DNA of 36,016 nucleotides from Malassezia furfur. Its lineage: Eukaryota. The stretch is taken from NCBI GenBank assembly GCA_052055015.1, contig JBQJIT010000068.1; one strand, written 5' to 3'. The notes under the pieces were generated by a model, which was not told the DNA's origin, ran no database searches, and saw nothing but the letters and a program-made list of their open reading frames with translations. Positions 9,431-20,053 of the stretch are shown one piece after another (position 1 is the first letter of the stretch; each line of letters starts with the position of its first letter). The position numbers and the translations under genes were made by a program.

Positions 9431-10570
9431 CTAGGCCCCTTGCTCGTTGCGCTTGCGCTTCCGCGGCTTAACCTTTTGTTTGGCACGGACCACCTCAGGT
9501 GTGTGTGCAGCGTCGCTAGAAGGCATCGGCTCACCGTCCTTCTCGGCGGGCACCACCGAGAGCCGCGACACGGCACCTCGGAATGTTTGTCGCGTCTCTG
9601 CTGTCAGCTAAGTAGTACGTACGGGCACGGATCAACAAAGATCGGCAAGTAGCAGAGAGGGTATCTTTCGCAGACGTAGGGGTCATGCCCATCAGTGTCG
9701 CCCTAGACATCAGCTTCGCAGTGGATACGTACAAGTTCATCACATCGTACGGCGCACGAAGACTCATCGCGGCCAGTGCGCCGCTCGAGAAAATTACGCC
9801 TTTGCCATTTGTCACTCGCAGAAGATCCCGCGCATTGCTGAAGAGATTGCGCCGCGCAGTTGGCACATCGCGCACCTCGCGCGATGGATCCAAAGCATCG
9901 CCGTAGGTGATTTCAAACACCACACCGTTGGCGAGCGCCGCGCCCACGGTGCTTCGCTTTAGATGGAAGGGAAGACGGGGGGAAGCGGCCAGATCCAGCG
10001 TGATAATGTCGATACTGAACGGCTTTAGTTCACTGAGTGTGATGCACGCATGCTGGAAAGCCATGTCGGTCAGAGGCATCACGGACAACAGGTCATACTG
10101 AAGAAGCGCATTACTGTTTGCCGTGACAAAGCCCGTGCCCGACTTGATCAGGTTATCTTTGTCTAGAACCACCGTGAGTCGGCTGAGTTGTGTGAGCGGC
10201 GAGGCTTGAACTGAACACTTGCCGCACACGCGGGGGTCCAGTTTAGGGAACGGAGGATGTGGACGTTGTTGTTGCCGGCGAAATGGGTTAATATATGTGG
10301 TTGGGTCAAGTTTACCGTAAACGGTTTGGTTGTAGGCAATCACATTGTATCCCACTGTATGAGTTTCAGACACATACATGACCGCAGCTCGTAGGTCAGC
10401 GTAGTGACGCGCTGCTGCTCCGCCGAAGAGAGCCGCGCCAGGGCTTCGTCGTCCGGGCGTTCCTCTTGTGTTGTTACTGAGGATGATGGATTGTTCTTTT
10501 TCCCCTTCTTATTCGGCGCATCCACAGCTAGACCTTGTGATGGCCACGGTATATTCAGATCGTAAAACAT
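9431..10570 (-). CDS. RPP1: RNase P/MRP subunit Rpp1 (p30)
   Basis: Exons 10570-10378, 10354-9733, 9702-9623, 9597-9431 (introns 23, 30, 25 nt). MFYDLNIPW start, GYNVIAYN, QLSRLTVVLD, YDLLSV, IDIITLD, GVVFEITY, GVIFSSGA...LRAPYDVMNL; basic C-terminus KPRKRKR. Confidence 0.92.
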
Positions 10571-10711
10571 GCTCTGTCGGCACGTCCTCTGCGAAGCGCG
10601 TTAGGTTCTCCGCGCAGGTGGAGGCAACGCGCGAAATTTCGTTCACGTGGCTGTGTGCGGCGTCTTGCAGCGTGGACATTGCATGGACACACTGTCGTCG
10701 GCGCGTCCACC

Positions 10712-11619
10712 ATGCCGCCGTACGTGGTGCTGCGACGCGATTATAGCACGGATGATCTCGTGCCTACAACAGATCAACGTAACACGATCATTGTTGCGTG
10801 CGTGTATGCCCTGGCTATCCTGCTCCTGGTAGGTCCGTGCGCGCAACCTCTTCTTACGCCAGTGGAACATCCCAATTCTCAAGGTGATTCTGTACCCATT
10901 TAAACTTTTGGTACGTTGACCATACTAAGTAAGACGGTCGGGTTCCATGAATTCTCTCACGCCCTGATGGGCGTACTCACATGCGCGAAAATTGAGTCGA
11001 TCCAGCTCGACCCCGACGAGGGCGGTGCAACGCGTATGCGCGGGGGCATCCACCTGCTCACGCTGCCGGCCGGCTACCTTGGATCGTCGCTGATTGGCGC
11101 CATTTTGATTGCATGCGGCTTCGATGAACGCGCTAGCAAGGTCGCCAGTCTCGTTGTGGCTGCCTTCTTCCTTGTGATGCTCTGGTGGGCAAGACGAAGC
11201 TGGGTGTACGTACGCGCGACTGATGGAAAAGTACCTGGCTCCTGATTATTTTCATGGTCGGATTGTTTGTCCTATTTTGGGTATGTGTCTGTACTTACCA
11301 CAGCTTGTCGAAAGCTCGGTCGCTCTGCGATACTTTGTGCTTTTTATTGGTGTGATGAATTGCCTGTACTCAGTGTGGGACATTTGCGATGACCTCGTCT
11401 TCCGCAAAGTGAACGAGTCAGATGCGACTGCTTTCGCCAAGCTGGTAGGCTGTTGCCCACCCCAAGTATGGGGCGTCGTCTGGCTACTAATCAGCATTGC
11501 TTTCTTTGCGGGCGGGATTCTGTATGTATTTTGGCTCACCCAGCGTCGGTCTCGTACTGTTCAAAACGCCCGTCTCAGAACAAAAATCGGACGACTTCCT
11601 GCGGGTTCCTACTCGTTAA
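10712..11619 (+). CDS. Peptidase M50B-like multi-pass membrane metalloprotease
   Basis: Exons 10712-10828, 10863-10910, 10934-11205, 11232-11280, 11304-11521, 11544-11619 (introns 34, 23, 26, 23, 22 nt), 259 aa. YPFKLLTVGFHEFSHAL (HExxH), GGATRMRGG, LPAGYLGS, YSVWDICDD and several hydrophobic helices. Confidence 0.88.
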
Positions 11620-11646
11620 ACAATGTTTCTATTGTACATAGCAACT

Positions 11647-14600
11647 CTACAAATCCTCCCTTAGCATATCGTTCACAAGTTCGTCCAGAATGGTATAGAG
11701 TACATGTTTGTTCAGCCGTTGGTTCTGCACCATGGCCACCATTTTTTGCGCGGCAATTTGCGCGCGGTTGTTTCCAAGAATGTTGTCCATCACGGCGGGC
11801 ACCAACGTAGCCATTGTGGCATGCGTCAAATTGAGCGTGTCCAGCCGTTCCGTCGCACTGCGCACTGGCGGCGGATTGAGTTGGAAATGGGCATTGTCTG
11901 GCCAGAGCATCTGGCGAAGCGACGCCAAGGACGAATATATCACGGTCTCGCTTAAAAATTTGGACATCATTCCACGCATCCATGTTTCGATAGTGCTTCC
12001 CAGCAAGTTTTGTAGTATGATCACAATGGCCCGTCGCCGGAGCCAGTCAGCCTTGTGTCGGAGTTGGAAAAGCTCAATGATAAAATCACACAGCGGCTCA
12101 GTGATATAGCTGGGCCGACTCGGATCTTCGCTAACACCTGCCACAAGGGGTGCAGACGCATGGATGTCAACTTGCGAGTCACCTTTTATAAGCTGTTGCA
12201 CCACCGCATCAAACATGGGCGGACGGAAGCCGCCCACCAGATCGTCCACATTGTCCGCAAAACCCGCGACGCTGTCAAACATGCGCGTGATCAAGGTAGG
12301 GCCAAGGTCGTTCATATTGCGCGAGTCCTCTTCCGCAATGCCAGTATCCGACAGAAACTCGCGCATATCCGCACTCAGGCGGACTTCGGAGAGGGCCACA
12401 ACGGCTTGGAGGTAGCGCTCAAGCGCGGCTCGACGCTGCTCCACAAATGCTTCATTCATGGACCCAACCAGTTTCTTGCCGGGAAACATAGATTCAAATG
12501 GCCACACGGACCGAAATTTGCGTTTCAAATTCTGGTGCAGCGTTCGAAATTCCGAGTAGCGACGAGATACCATCCATTCCTGTCCTTCGGTAGATGATGC
12601 CGCGCTCGAACTTGGGAGGTGTACACAAATATGGTACAGAATGAATGGGCGTTGGTCCCCATCGAGATGGATCTCCGTATCATGGATAGACACCCTTGCT
12701 TCTCCCCTGCTCCCATCAAACACATGCATGGATTCTCGACGAATCTGTTCCACATACTCCATTTCCCATAAGACCGAGCGCAAGTCGCGTTGGACTGAGC
12801 AACTGGAAGCCTCAATCAGGCGCACCTGGTTTGCCTTGGTCCCACTCAGTTCTGCCTTTTTGAGCAGCGTGTCCAATATGGCCTCGTGTTTTCGGAGTTT
12901 TTCCACCATCACCACAAGTTCTTTCAGTCGCCGGTTGGCTGAGCGGTACCGGTCATCCCGCATGGTGGCTTCAATGACTTCGTTATCGGGCATCGCCTGC
13001 TTAGATTCGCCTTCAAACTGTTCAGCAGGGACGGTGTTGAGCTCCTCGTTAATGGAGAGCGCGTCCGTTTGTCTCGGAGTTGCTGGCTCGCCCGAATTAT
13101 CGGAAATCCATTCCGAGTCATCATCGTCCTCACCAAAGAGTGGGTCTTGGCCAAAGAGTGGTTTGCGTTCAGAAAACAGATCGGTGGTACGAGTCCCATC
13201 GCCAGGGCCCACCAAGAAGCCATACCTTAGTGGGATGCGGTCGTCCTTGTCCAAATGAACCCGGCATGCATTCATTGCATGTGAGCGAGGCGTGGGAGAC
13301 TCACAGCTCCCTGTGCTAGACTTGCTGGAAGCAACACCCGGTGCAAGCTCTGGCTCCATCTCCTGATTGGGGAGAATTTCGAAGGCTGAATTGTTTGCCA
13401 GCTGTTCTTCGGCTTGAAAATAGAGATTGCTTTTCGCGAATGGCTCCCAATCATTTTCAAGCATGATGTGCATGACATCGTGCTGTGCTAGCAATGCGCT
13501 TTGTCGCACAACGTAGATCTGCTCTTCGCAAACATCTTCTGCGCTCATTTGGTCCACAAAGTGACGCGCCGTGGCGATGTATTTTGAACGGACCTCGAGA
13601 AGAGGCGAGTCGTAGAAGTGGTCCAAGAGAATTCGCATTGTCTCTTGTACAGACCGTGCTTCTTCCATACACTCTGTGCCTGAATGCTCCGTTCGCCGCT
13701 GCGCCACAAGAGCGGCAGGGCAGATCTGTTCAGCCTTTTCCAAGTCCGCCTCCTCTAATGGGTTTTTGAATGCATTCACAGTCACCCAGAAGTACACGAG
13801 GATTGCCCGGTCGCGGCGCTCCATATATTCCATGAAAAAGGAGAGGCTCGACGGATTCGACAAAATGTCGCGCAGCTCTGTATTTGTTGCTCGTCGAAAA
13901 TTGTCTGGCGATTTGGGCATTGGCAAGGGGCTGCTTCTAGGCTGTGCTTCGCTCAACACTGCAAGGTGTTCGTCCACGACCACCAGCGCGTGCCGAAGCA
14001 TGGACATGTAACTCGGTGTGGCTGGCTCGTCGCCCACCATGCTCCCGCCAACGTTGGTGACAGTATCCTCTTCTTTTTGGACTTTCTGAATCTGCAGTAC
14101 AATGCTGTTGCGGATCTGCCGGGCTTCCATCATCGACTTTGTACTGGTGATTTGCTTGAGAAACTCGTCAAATTTTTCAGAGCGATGCTTGGAACTTTTC
14201 TTGGCACGGTCCCCACGGTGTTTTCGCCGGCGTAGTTTCCGAGGGGATACATGCTGTTTGCTTAATTGTGAAGCCGACTTGCGGTGGAGCAGTTGGTCAA
14301 ACGCGCGTCCATCGTCGAGCGCACTCCGAAGACGCTCTACACGTTCGCGTTGTTCGATTGTTGCAGCTGCCCTGCGACACAAAAGCAAATTAATCCAGTC
14401 AGGCTCCGAAATCAGCTGAATTAACGGGCATAGGATCGCACAGGCCAATATTTCGCGCACAAACGTCTTGCTCGCCCTCCCCAGCCGACTGTCCTGCGGA
14501 AGACAGGCATCAAGAATGCGTGTACATGTAACGCGAAGATAGGCTCGCTCCGACTCACGCGTATCCATACTAGCCACATTCCCAACCGCGGAGTGCAACT

Positions 14601-15135
14601 GTCCCCGATTGTAGCGTGTCGCTAGGAACAATTCGTCGAAGCCTGTGTCCGATGGTACGGATTTGGTCGCGCCGTACATGGCGATTTCTGCATCGCCGTA
14701 GCGTACCATGTGCTCGCGCAATATCGGTATAATGCGCTGCATTATGAGCTCGGTTGTGTCGATGCGGCGTGTCTTTTGCACCAGCCGGTGCAGCGTTGCG
14801 CCTAGCAATGATGCAATGGCCGTCGGAAAAGTTTCTGAATCCGTACCTTTTTCTTCCTGCACCACTTTCTCATGCCATGATGATACAAAGTCTCGCGTAA
14901 TCAATCGCGCCAAGAGTTCTAGCTCTTCTGGCGCAGACTCTGGCATACCCGTATCGAGTGGGCGCAGCGGAACGGAGGAGAGTGGGGTGATCCGCCGGGG
15001 TTTTGCGACGCATAGAAAGCCAAGTTCAGCACGCCATATCACCAGGAACACCAATATGCATAGAACACCCAAGGCCTTCGTTGCACTCCAAACCCACGGC
15101 CCCAGGACCAGGGCAACAAAGAGCGCGAACCACAT
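11647..15135 (-). CDS. PXA-RGS-PX-Nexin_C sorting nexin (Mdm1/SNX13-14-25-like)
   Basis: Long intronless ORF: N-terminal hydrophobic segment, PXA (LITRDFVSSW), RGS (LRDILSNPSSLSFFMEYM...FW), PX (WMVSRRYSEFRTLHQNLK...FPGKK...EQRRAALERYL), Nexin_C (WLRRRAIV...LNKHVLYTILDEL). Start uncertain; first in-frame ATG is 15135. Confidence 0.88.
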   Translation of the reverse strand: MWFALFVALVLGPWVWSATKALGVLCILVFLVIWRAELGFLCVAKPRRITPLSSVPLRPLDTGMPESAPEELELLARLITRDFVSSWHEKVVQEEKGTDSETFPTAIASLLGATLHRLVQKTRRIDTTELIMQRIIPILREHMVRYGDAEIAMYGATKSVPSDTGFDELFLATRYNRGQLHSAVGNVASMDTRESERAYLRVTCTRILDACLPQDSRLGRASKTFVREILACAILCPLIQLISEPDWINLLLCRRAAATIEQRERVERLRSALDDGRAFDQLLHRKSASQLSKQHVSPRKLRRRKHRGDRAKKSSKHRSEKFDEFLKQITSTKSMMEARQIRNSIVLQIQKVQKEEDTVTNVGGSMVGDEPATPSYMSMLRHALVVVDEHLAVLSEAQPRSSPLPMPKSPDNFRRATNTELRDILSNPSSLSFFMEYMERRDRAILVYFWVTVNAFKNPLEEADLEKAEQICPAALVAQRRTEHSGTECMEEARSVQETMRILLDHFYDSPLLEVRSKYIATARHFVDQMSAEDVCEEQIYVVRQSALLAQHDVMHIMLENDWEPFAKSNLYFQAEEQLANNSAFEILPNQEMEPELAPGVASSKSSTGSCESPTPRSHAMNACRVHLDKDDRIPLRYGFLVGPGDGTRTTDLFSERKPLFGQDPLFGEDDDDSEWISDNSGEPATPRQTDALSINEELNTVPAEQFEGESKQAMPDNEVIEATMRDDRYRSANRRLKELVVMVEKLRKHEAILDTLLKKAELSGTKANQVRLIEASSCSVQRDLRSVLWEMEYVEQIRRESMHVFDGSRGEARVSIHDTEIHLDGDQRPFILYHICVHLPSSSAASSTEGQEWMVSRRYSEFRTLHQNLKRKFRSVWPFESMFPGKKLVGSMNEAFVEQRRAALERYLQAVVALSEVRLSADMREFLSDTGIAEEDSRNMNDLGPTLITRMFDSVAGFADNVDDLVGGFRPPMFDAVVQQLIKGDSQVDIHASAPLVAGVSEDPSRPSYITEPLCDFIIELFQLRHKADWLRRRAIVIILQNLLGSTIETWMRGMMSKFLSETVIYSSLASLRQMLWPDNAHFQLNPPPVRSATERLDTLNLTHATMATLVPAVMDNILGNNRAQIAAQKMVAMVQNQRLNKHVLYTILDELVNDMLREDL

Positions 15136-15194
15136 GGGCTGGAGAACATGCACGGACGCGGGGTGGTTGCGCTGACTAAGCGCAAAGTAGGTAC

Positions 15195-16452
15195 ATGCTC
15201 CGCAACGGTGTGCGGCATACGATCTCCCCCGTACGCTTCACCCGCCCGCTGTTTCCTCGTTTGTGTAGGAGTCTTGTTCAGCTCAGGATGTCGGATATTG
15301 TGAACCTTGATCCACTTGTTGCCGAAAAGTTCAAGGCAGCCGTCGATGCCGGCGACGCCTTCTTTTTCGACTCGACCGTGCACATTACGGGCAATCAGGA
15401 CAAGAGCCACCCGCCTATTGCTTCGGTACCATGGCAAGTGCGCACTGTGCCTGCCCTTCTCAAGAAGCCTACTGCCAACAAGGAGGAGCCGAAAGATGAG
15501 AAGCCGAAGGACGAGAAGCCGAAGCAGAACCAGAAGGATGTGTTCGCTCCTCCCTATGTGCCGAATCTTCTCGTGAAAGAGTTTGCCGACTTTACTGTCC
15601 TGCTCAACAAGTACTGCGTGCTTCCTAAGCACTTCCTCATGGTGACCAAAGGTACGCCACTCGACTTACCTAGACTTTGTCAATCAGGAGCTTCCGCCGT
15701 CCCCAGAAATGCTTGCATCGGTGTACCTTGTAATTGAGAGGCATCGTGCGGAGCATCCTCAGGCGGAACTGCTTGGATTTTTCAACTGTGGCAAGGACAG
15801 TGGTGCGTCGCAGCCGCACTGTCACTTCCAGATGGTCGAGCTGGTACCCGAAAAGTCGACGATGGCCGTGCCGATTGAGAACCTGTTGCAGCACATTGAG
15901 CGTGACGGGAAGGAGTATAGTACGTGGTTAACTGACACAGGTGATGTACACTTGTTGCCTGTTCCGTGGCAGCATTTTGTCGTACTACTGGATCCCCCGA
16001 GCGACGAAACGCAGCTTTCGACCTATTTGGGACACCGCTTCACGCAGCTGCTTGACTGCATGTTTGCTGCCGCGCGCGACCTCAATCATATTCAAGGAAC
16101 AGAGCCGCGCCGCGGTCCGCCTCAGTTCAATATCTTGCTCACCAAGCGCGCGATGCACCTCATCCCGCGGCGCCAGGAGGGCTTTGACTTGAACACTACC
16201 GACTGGGCACCGTACAACAACGGGCAAGCACCGGAGCATACGGGTACACTCAGCGTAAATGCGCTCGGTATGTCTCTTACTGACTCAGGGTACGCGGGTC
16301 TCTTTTTGACACGGCACAAGGCGGAGCTGGAGGCGATGACCGACCCCGCCAATGCCCGCATTGCGCATGTGCTTGCCCAAACCGGCGTGCCGATTCCGAT
16401 CCAAGAAGGTACGGAGGCTCCCGCCGCCGACGAGAAAAAGGCCGATGCCTAG
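15195..16452 (+). CDS. Ap4A phosphorylase / ATP adenylyltransferase (Apa1/Apa2 family)
   Basis: Introns 15652-15673 (22 nt), 15920-15940 (21), 16268-16288 (21). Motifs DVFAPP, LLNKYCV, FFNCGKDSGASQPHCHFQ (HxHxQ), and SVNALGYAG after splicing. Two in-frame ATGs: 15195 and 15288. Confidence 0.9.
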
Positions 16453-16463
16453 CTTGGCATACA

Positions 16464-17850
16464 CTACATACCTTGGAATATACGAGAAATGTTGATAAAG
16501 AGTGCCAGCACCAGTACAGCTCCGCCCCAGAGCCCCAGGAAGAAGGCGGACGAGTGTAGAGTCGCGTTCGGCTCATCATCGTACATGCGGCGATACAGCA
16601 ATGCAGGGAGAATGAAGGAGATAGTCGTGCTTCCCACTGATCCAACGATGCCCAGCACAATCGACAGGTCGTCGATCAGCAGGCTCACTAGCAGGCCGGC
16701 AGTCATGAGCGCCAGCGTGAGGAGCGACCAGCGCCGATCGTTTACCTCGTAGTGAACCACCGGATCCATTTCGGCGGTTCCTGGGCCAAGCATGGACTCC
16801 TCTGTGTCTTCCGAGGAGAGGATGGTCGCATTCACCTCGAGCATGTTGATCAAACTCGCACGGCAAGGGTATAGTTGCATCGGATAGCTCGTGAGCGTCA
16901 GTGCGATCACGGAGAGCTTGCCGATGCTCACAAACAGGCTCGACGAAGGGTACATGGCAATAATGTTGTCACCCACCTGGGAGCCAAACGTCGCATATCC
17001 GACCGAGGCGACCACGACGTAGACCATCGCGCATGCGCCCAGCGAGACAATCGTCACAAGCGAAGAGCGCTTCACGGTACTGTCCCGAAGCTCGCTGTAC
17101 ACAGGCAGGATGTTTTGAGCGCATGTATACGCAAACACCATGATGGGGAAGGTACGGAGCACATCCGTAGAGAAGATCACCGCGGCGATCTCTCCACGAG
17201 GCGGCAGCGTCGCACGCGCCGTGCCCGACAAAAAGTAGTAAAGCATGATCACCAGCAAGTACACGACCGCGGCCATGTTCAGGTAGCCGATACCGCGCAT
17301 CTGGTGTAGCTTCCGGTAGAAGCACACGGGGCTGACTAGTGCCAGCGATACGATCACCCACAGCAGCTTGCTGAGGAAAAAGGCAGGTACGGTGTGCGTG
17401 TCGCCACGGATCGACTGTGCAAAGCTCAGGACCACCTGGGGCATCAGGTGCCCGCAAATCATCAGATAAGACACGCCTACGCCAAAGCACTGGGTCAGCG
17501 GTAGAGTAGCGCACCTTGACAAAGATAGTCACGTCAAAGTACCATACGGCCGAGGGCATCACCTGGCTCGTCATGTCGTAAAAGCTCTGCGGCCGGCGGT
17601 CCATGCGCACTTCGCACAGCTTGACGAGGTGCAGGCCAAAGTTGGTCACGACGGCGCACAGCAGCACCAGCACCGTGCCCAACAGCCATCCCATCGTCGC
17701 ATAGGCGTGCGGCAGTGCGAGCATGCCGGCGCCGATGATAGTGTTTGTCAGTCCGCTGATGCTCGACAGCACGGTCGCAGATCCGTGGACCTCCTCGCCA
17801 TCTTCGCCAAGCGCGACGGCGCCGCGGCGCTCCTGCGTCGGTTCGTGCAT
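16464..17850 (-). CDS. Vacuolar amino acid transporter (AVT5/6/7-like, Aa_trans family)
   Basis: Exons 17850-17515 and 17489-16464 (25-nt intron). SSISGLTNTIIGAGMLALPHA, KCFGVGVSYLMI, FAYTCAQN, GYATFG, SYPMQLYPCR, VGSVGSTTISFILP; about 11 hydrophobic segments. Confidence 0.9.
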
Positions 17851-17947
17851 CGCGGCCCGGAGGAAACCCACGTGGAGTGGGTTTGCCCACGTGGCGAAGT
17901 AACACTTGCGCGCGCGGGGTGGCGAATTCGACGCGACGCGTCCCACG

Positions 17948-19048
17948 ATGTCTGAGGAACACGCCGCGGAACCGCAGGAGATGGAGGAGGTCATCGGGCC
18001 CCTCCCCATCAGCAAGATGGAGGTAAGCGGTTGTGCTAATGTTAGGAATTCGGCATTTCGGCTTCGGACTGCAAGAAGCTCAAGGAGGCCGGCTTCCACA
18101 CGCTCGAGAGTCTCGCGTTTACCCCCAAGAAAACGCTGGTGGGGATCAAGGGCATGTCCGAGCAAAAAGTGGACAAGATCTTGAGTGAAGGTACGCGAGA
18201 CGCGCTCACCCAGCCGCCAAGCTCGTGCCGCTCGGCTTCACTACCGCAACCGAATATCATCAGCGCCGCTCGGATTTGATCACGATTACCACCGGTTCGC
18301 CTGCACTGGATCTTGTGATTGGCGGAGGTATGGAAACGGGAAGTATCACAGAACTCTTCGGCGAGTTCCGCACCGGCAAGAGCCAGATCTGCCACACACT
18401 TGCTGTCACCTGCCAGCTGCCTATCGATATGGGTGGTGGTGAAGGCAAGTGCCTATACATCGATACGGAGGGTACCTTCCGTCCGGTGCGTCTGCTGGCT
18501 GTCGCTGAGCGATTTGGCCTGGATGGAGAGGAGGTGCTCGACAACGTTGCGTATGCACGTGCCTACAATGCCGACCACCAACTCGAGCTCCTCGTTCAGG
18601 CAGCAGCCATGATGGCCGAGTCGCGGTTTGCGCTGCTGATCGTCGACTCGCTCACCTCGCTGTACCGCACCGACTTTGCGGGCCGCGGCGAGCTGTCGGC
18701 GCGTCAGACGCATCTCGCCAAGTTCCTACGTACGCTTCTGCGCCTCGCCGACGAGTTTGGTGTGGCAGTGGTGGTCACCAACCAGGTCGTGGCACAGGTG
18801 GACAATGCTGGGTTTGGTGGCATGGAAACAAAGAAGCCGATCGGCGGCAACATTGTGGCCCATGCGTCTACGACACGGTACGTTGCGCCCTAACGCAGTT
18901 TGTCACTCCGCAAGGGGCGCGGAAATCAGCGGATTTGCCGTGTGGTAGATTCCCCCTCCCTTCCCGAGGCTGATGCCGTGTTTGCCATCAAGCCCGAGGG
19001 CATCGCCGATCCAGTAGGTGGCGCATGCGCTGACCGCAGGACGAGTAG
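17948..19048 (+). CDS. RAD51: DNA recombinase Rad51
   Basis: Exons 17948-18022, 18046-18190, 18214-18877, 18899-19013, 19040-19048 (introns 23, 23, 21, 26 nt), 335 aa. Walker [45 protein letters not shown]. Confidence 0.97.
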
Positions 19049-19100
19049 TTGTTGTAGTGTAGTGCACCTCCACATTCCCCACGCTGTGACCATCTCCGCC

Positions 19101-20046
19101 ATGGCGTCCGAGGCACGCAAGGGCCTTGCGGCGCTCAGCGCGCGCGATGCTGCGCCACGCTTCCAGTCGCTGTGTGCTTCGACTTTTTCTGCATTGCAGG
19201 AGCGGATACGGCTCGGCCATGAAGTTGCTATGTCAACAGAGGGCAGCGAGCACGCTTTCTTGCGCACCTTTCCCTACTTCGCGCGCGATAAAACCATCGC
19301 CAAGAACTTGCATACCCTGATGGACGCGCTCGATGCTTGGAATGCAACGCATGCTAATGGCGATCTTCTACAGAGCGACGACGTGCCTACGCTTGAACAG
19401 ATCACAGACTGGACCGCAACCGTGCACCGGTTGGTGCATCTGCTGGGCGAGACGAACAACGAGTTGAACGACCCGCGCGGCACCGAAATGCTCAATGAGC
19501 TCCGAATTGCGTACGTCATTGTCTGACACAGTCATCCACACGTGTTTGGGCTGGATATGAAGGCTGATGCGCCGTCTGACACGGCGCCTATGTCGCCGAT
19601 GCCCGAGGCGACCGAGCTCGTCGAGCCGCTACCGGCGTCGCATCTTCCGCGCGCTGAACTGATGTCCCATGTCGGTGAGATGCCCTCGACTGGATTTGCG
19701 CGCGACGAAGACGACGACCGTTTCGCTGCCCAGCAATTCGCGCAGCAAAATTTGGCATTCCGCCAGCAAGACACGCACTTGGACCACCTAAGTGCCTCCA
19801 TTTCTCGACAGCATGAGCTAAGCCTGCGTATGAATGAGGAGCTAGAGCTTCACACGGATCTCTTGCACGAGCTTGATCGTGATGTTGATGACACGGGCCT
19901 GCGGTTGGGCGGTGCCAATGACCGCCTTGAGCGGTTTCGGCGGAGCATGAAGGAGCACGGTAAGTCGCGATGCTTACGCAGGCTCTGTATGGGTCATCTT
20001 TGTGCTGATCTTCGTGCTGGTACTACTTATCTCGCTATTCAAGTAG
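19101..20046 (+). CDS. SYN8: Qc-SNARE, syntaxin-8/Syn8-like
   Basis: Exons 19101-19510, 19532-19959, 19982-20046 (introns 21, 22 nt). SNARE motif [34 protein letters not shown]...; C-terminal TM anchor [18 protein letters not shown]. Confidence 0.8.
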
Positions 20047-20053
20047 AGGGGTA

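Noticed and set aside
10211..10229. Possible 19-nt intron in RPP1 (GTGTGC...TTCAG on the minus strand)
   Set aside because: The frame is open without it, removal would shift the frame, and there is no suitably placed branch motif.
11647..15135. Lower-GC nexin gene as a horizontal transfer or active centromere
   Set aside because: Standard eukaryotic PXA-RGS-PX-Nexin_C architecture, and no AT-rich gene-free core in the window.
15231..15268. Possible 38-nt intron (GTACGC...GTGTAG) in the Ap4A phosphorylase 5' region
   Set aside because: No branch A near -6 to -9, and the unspliced frame encodes a coherent presequence.
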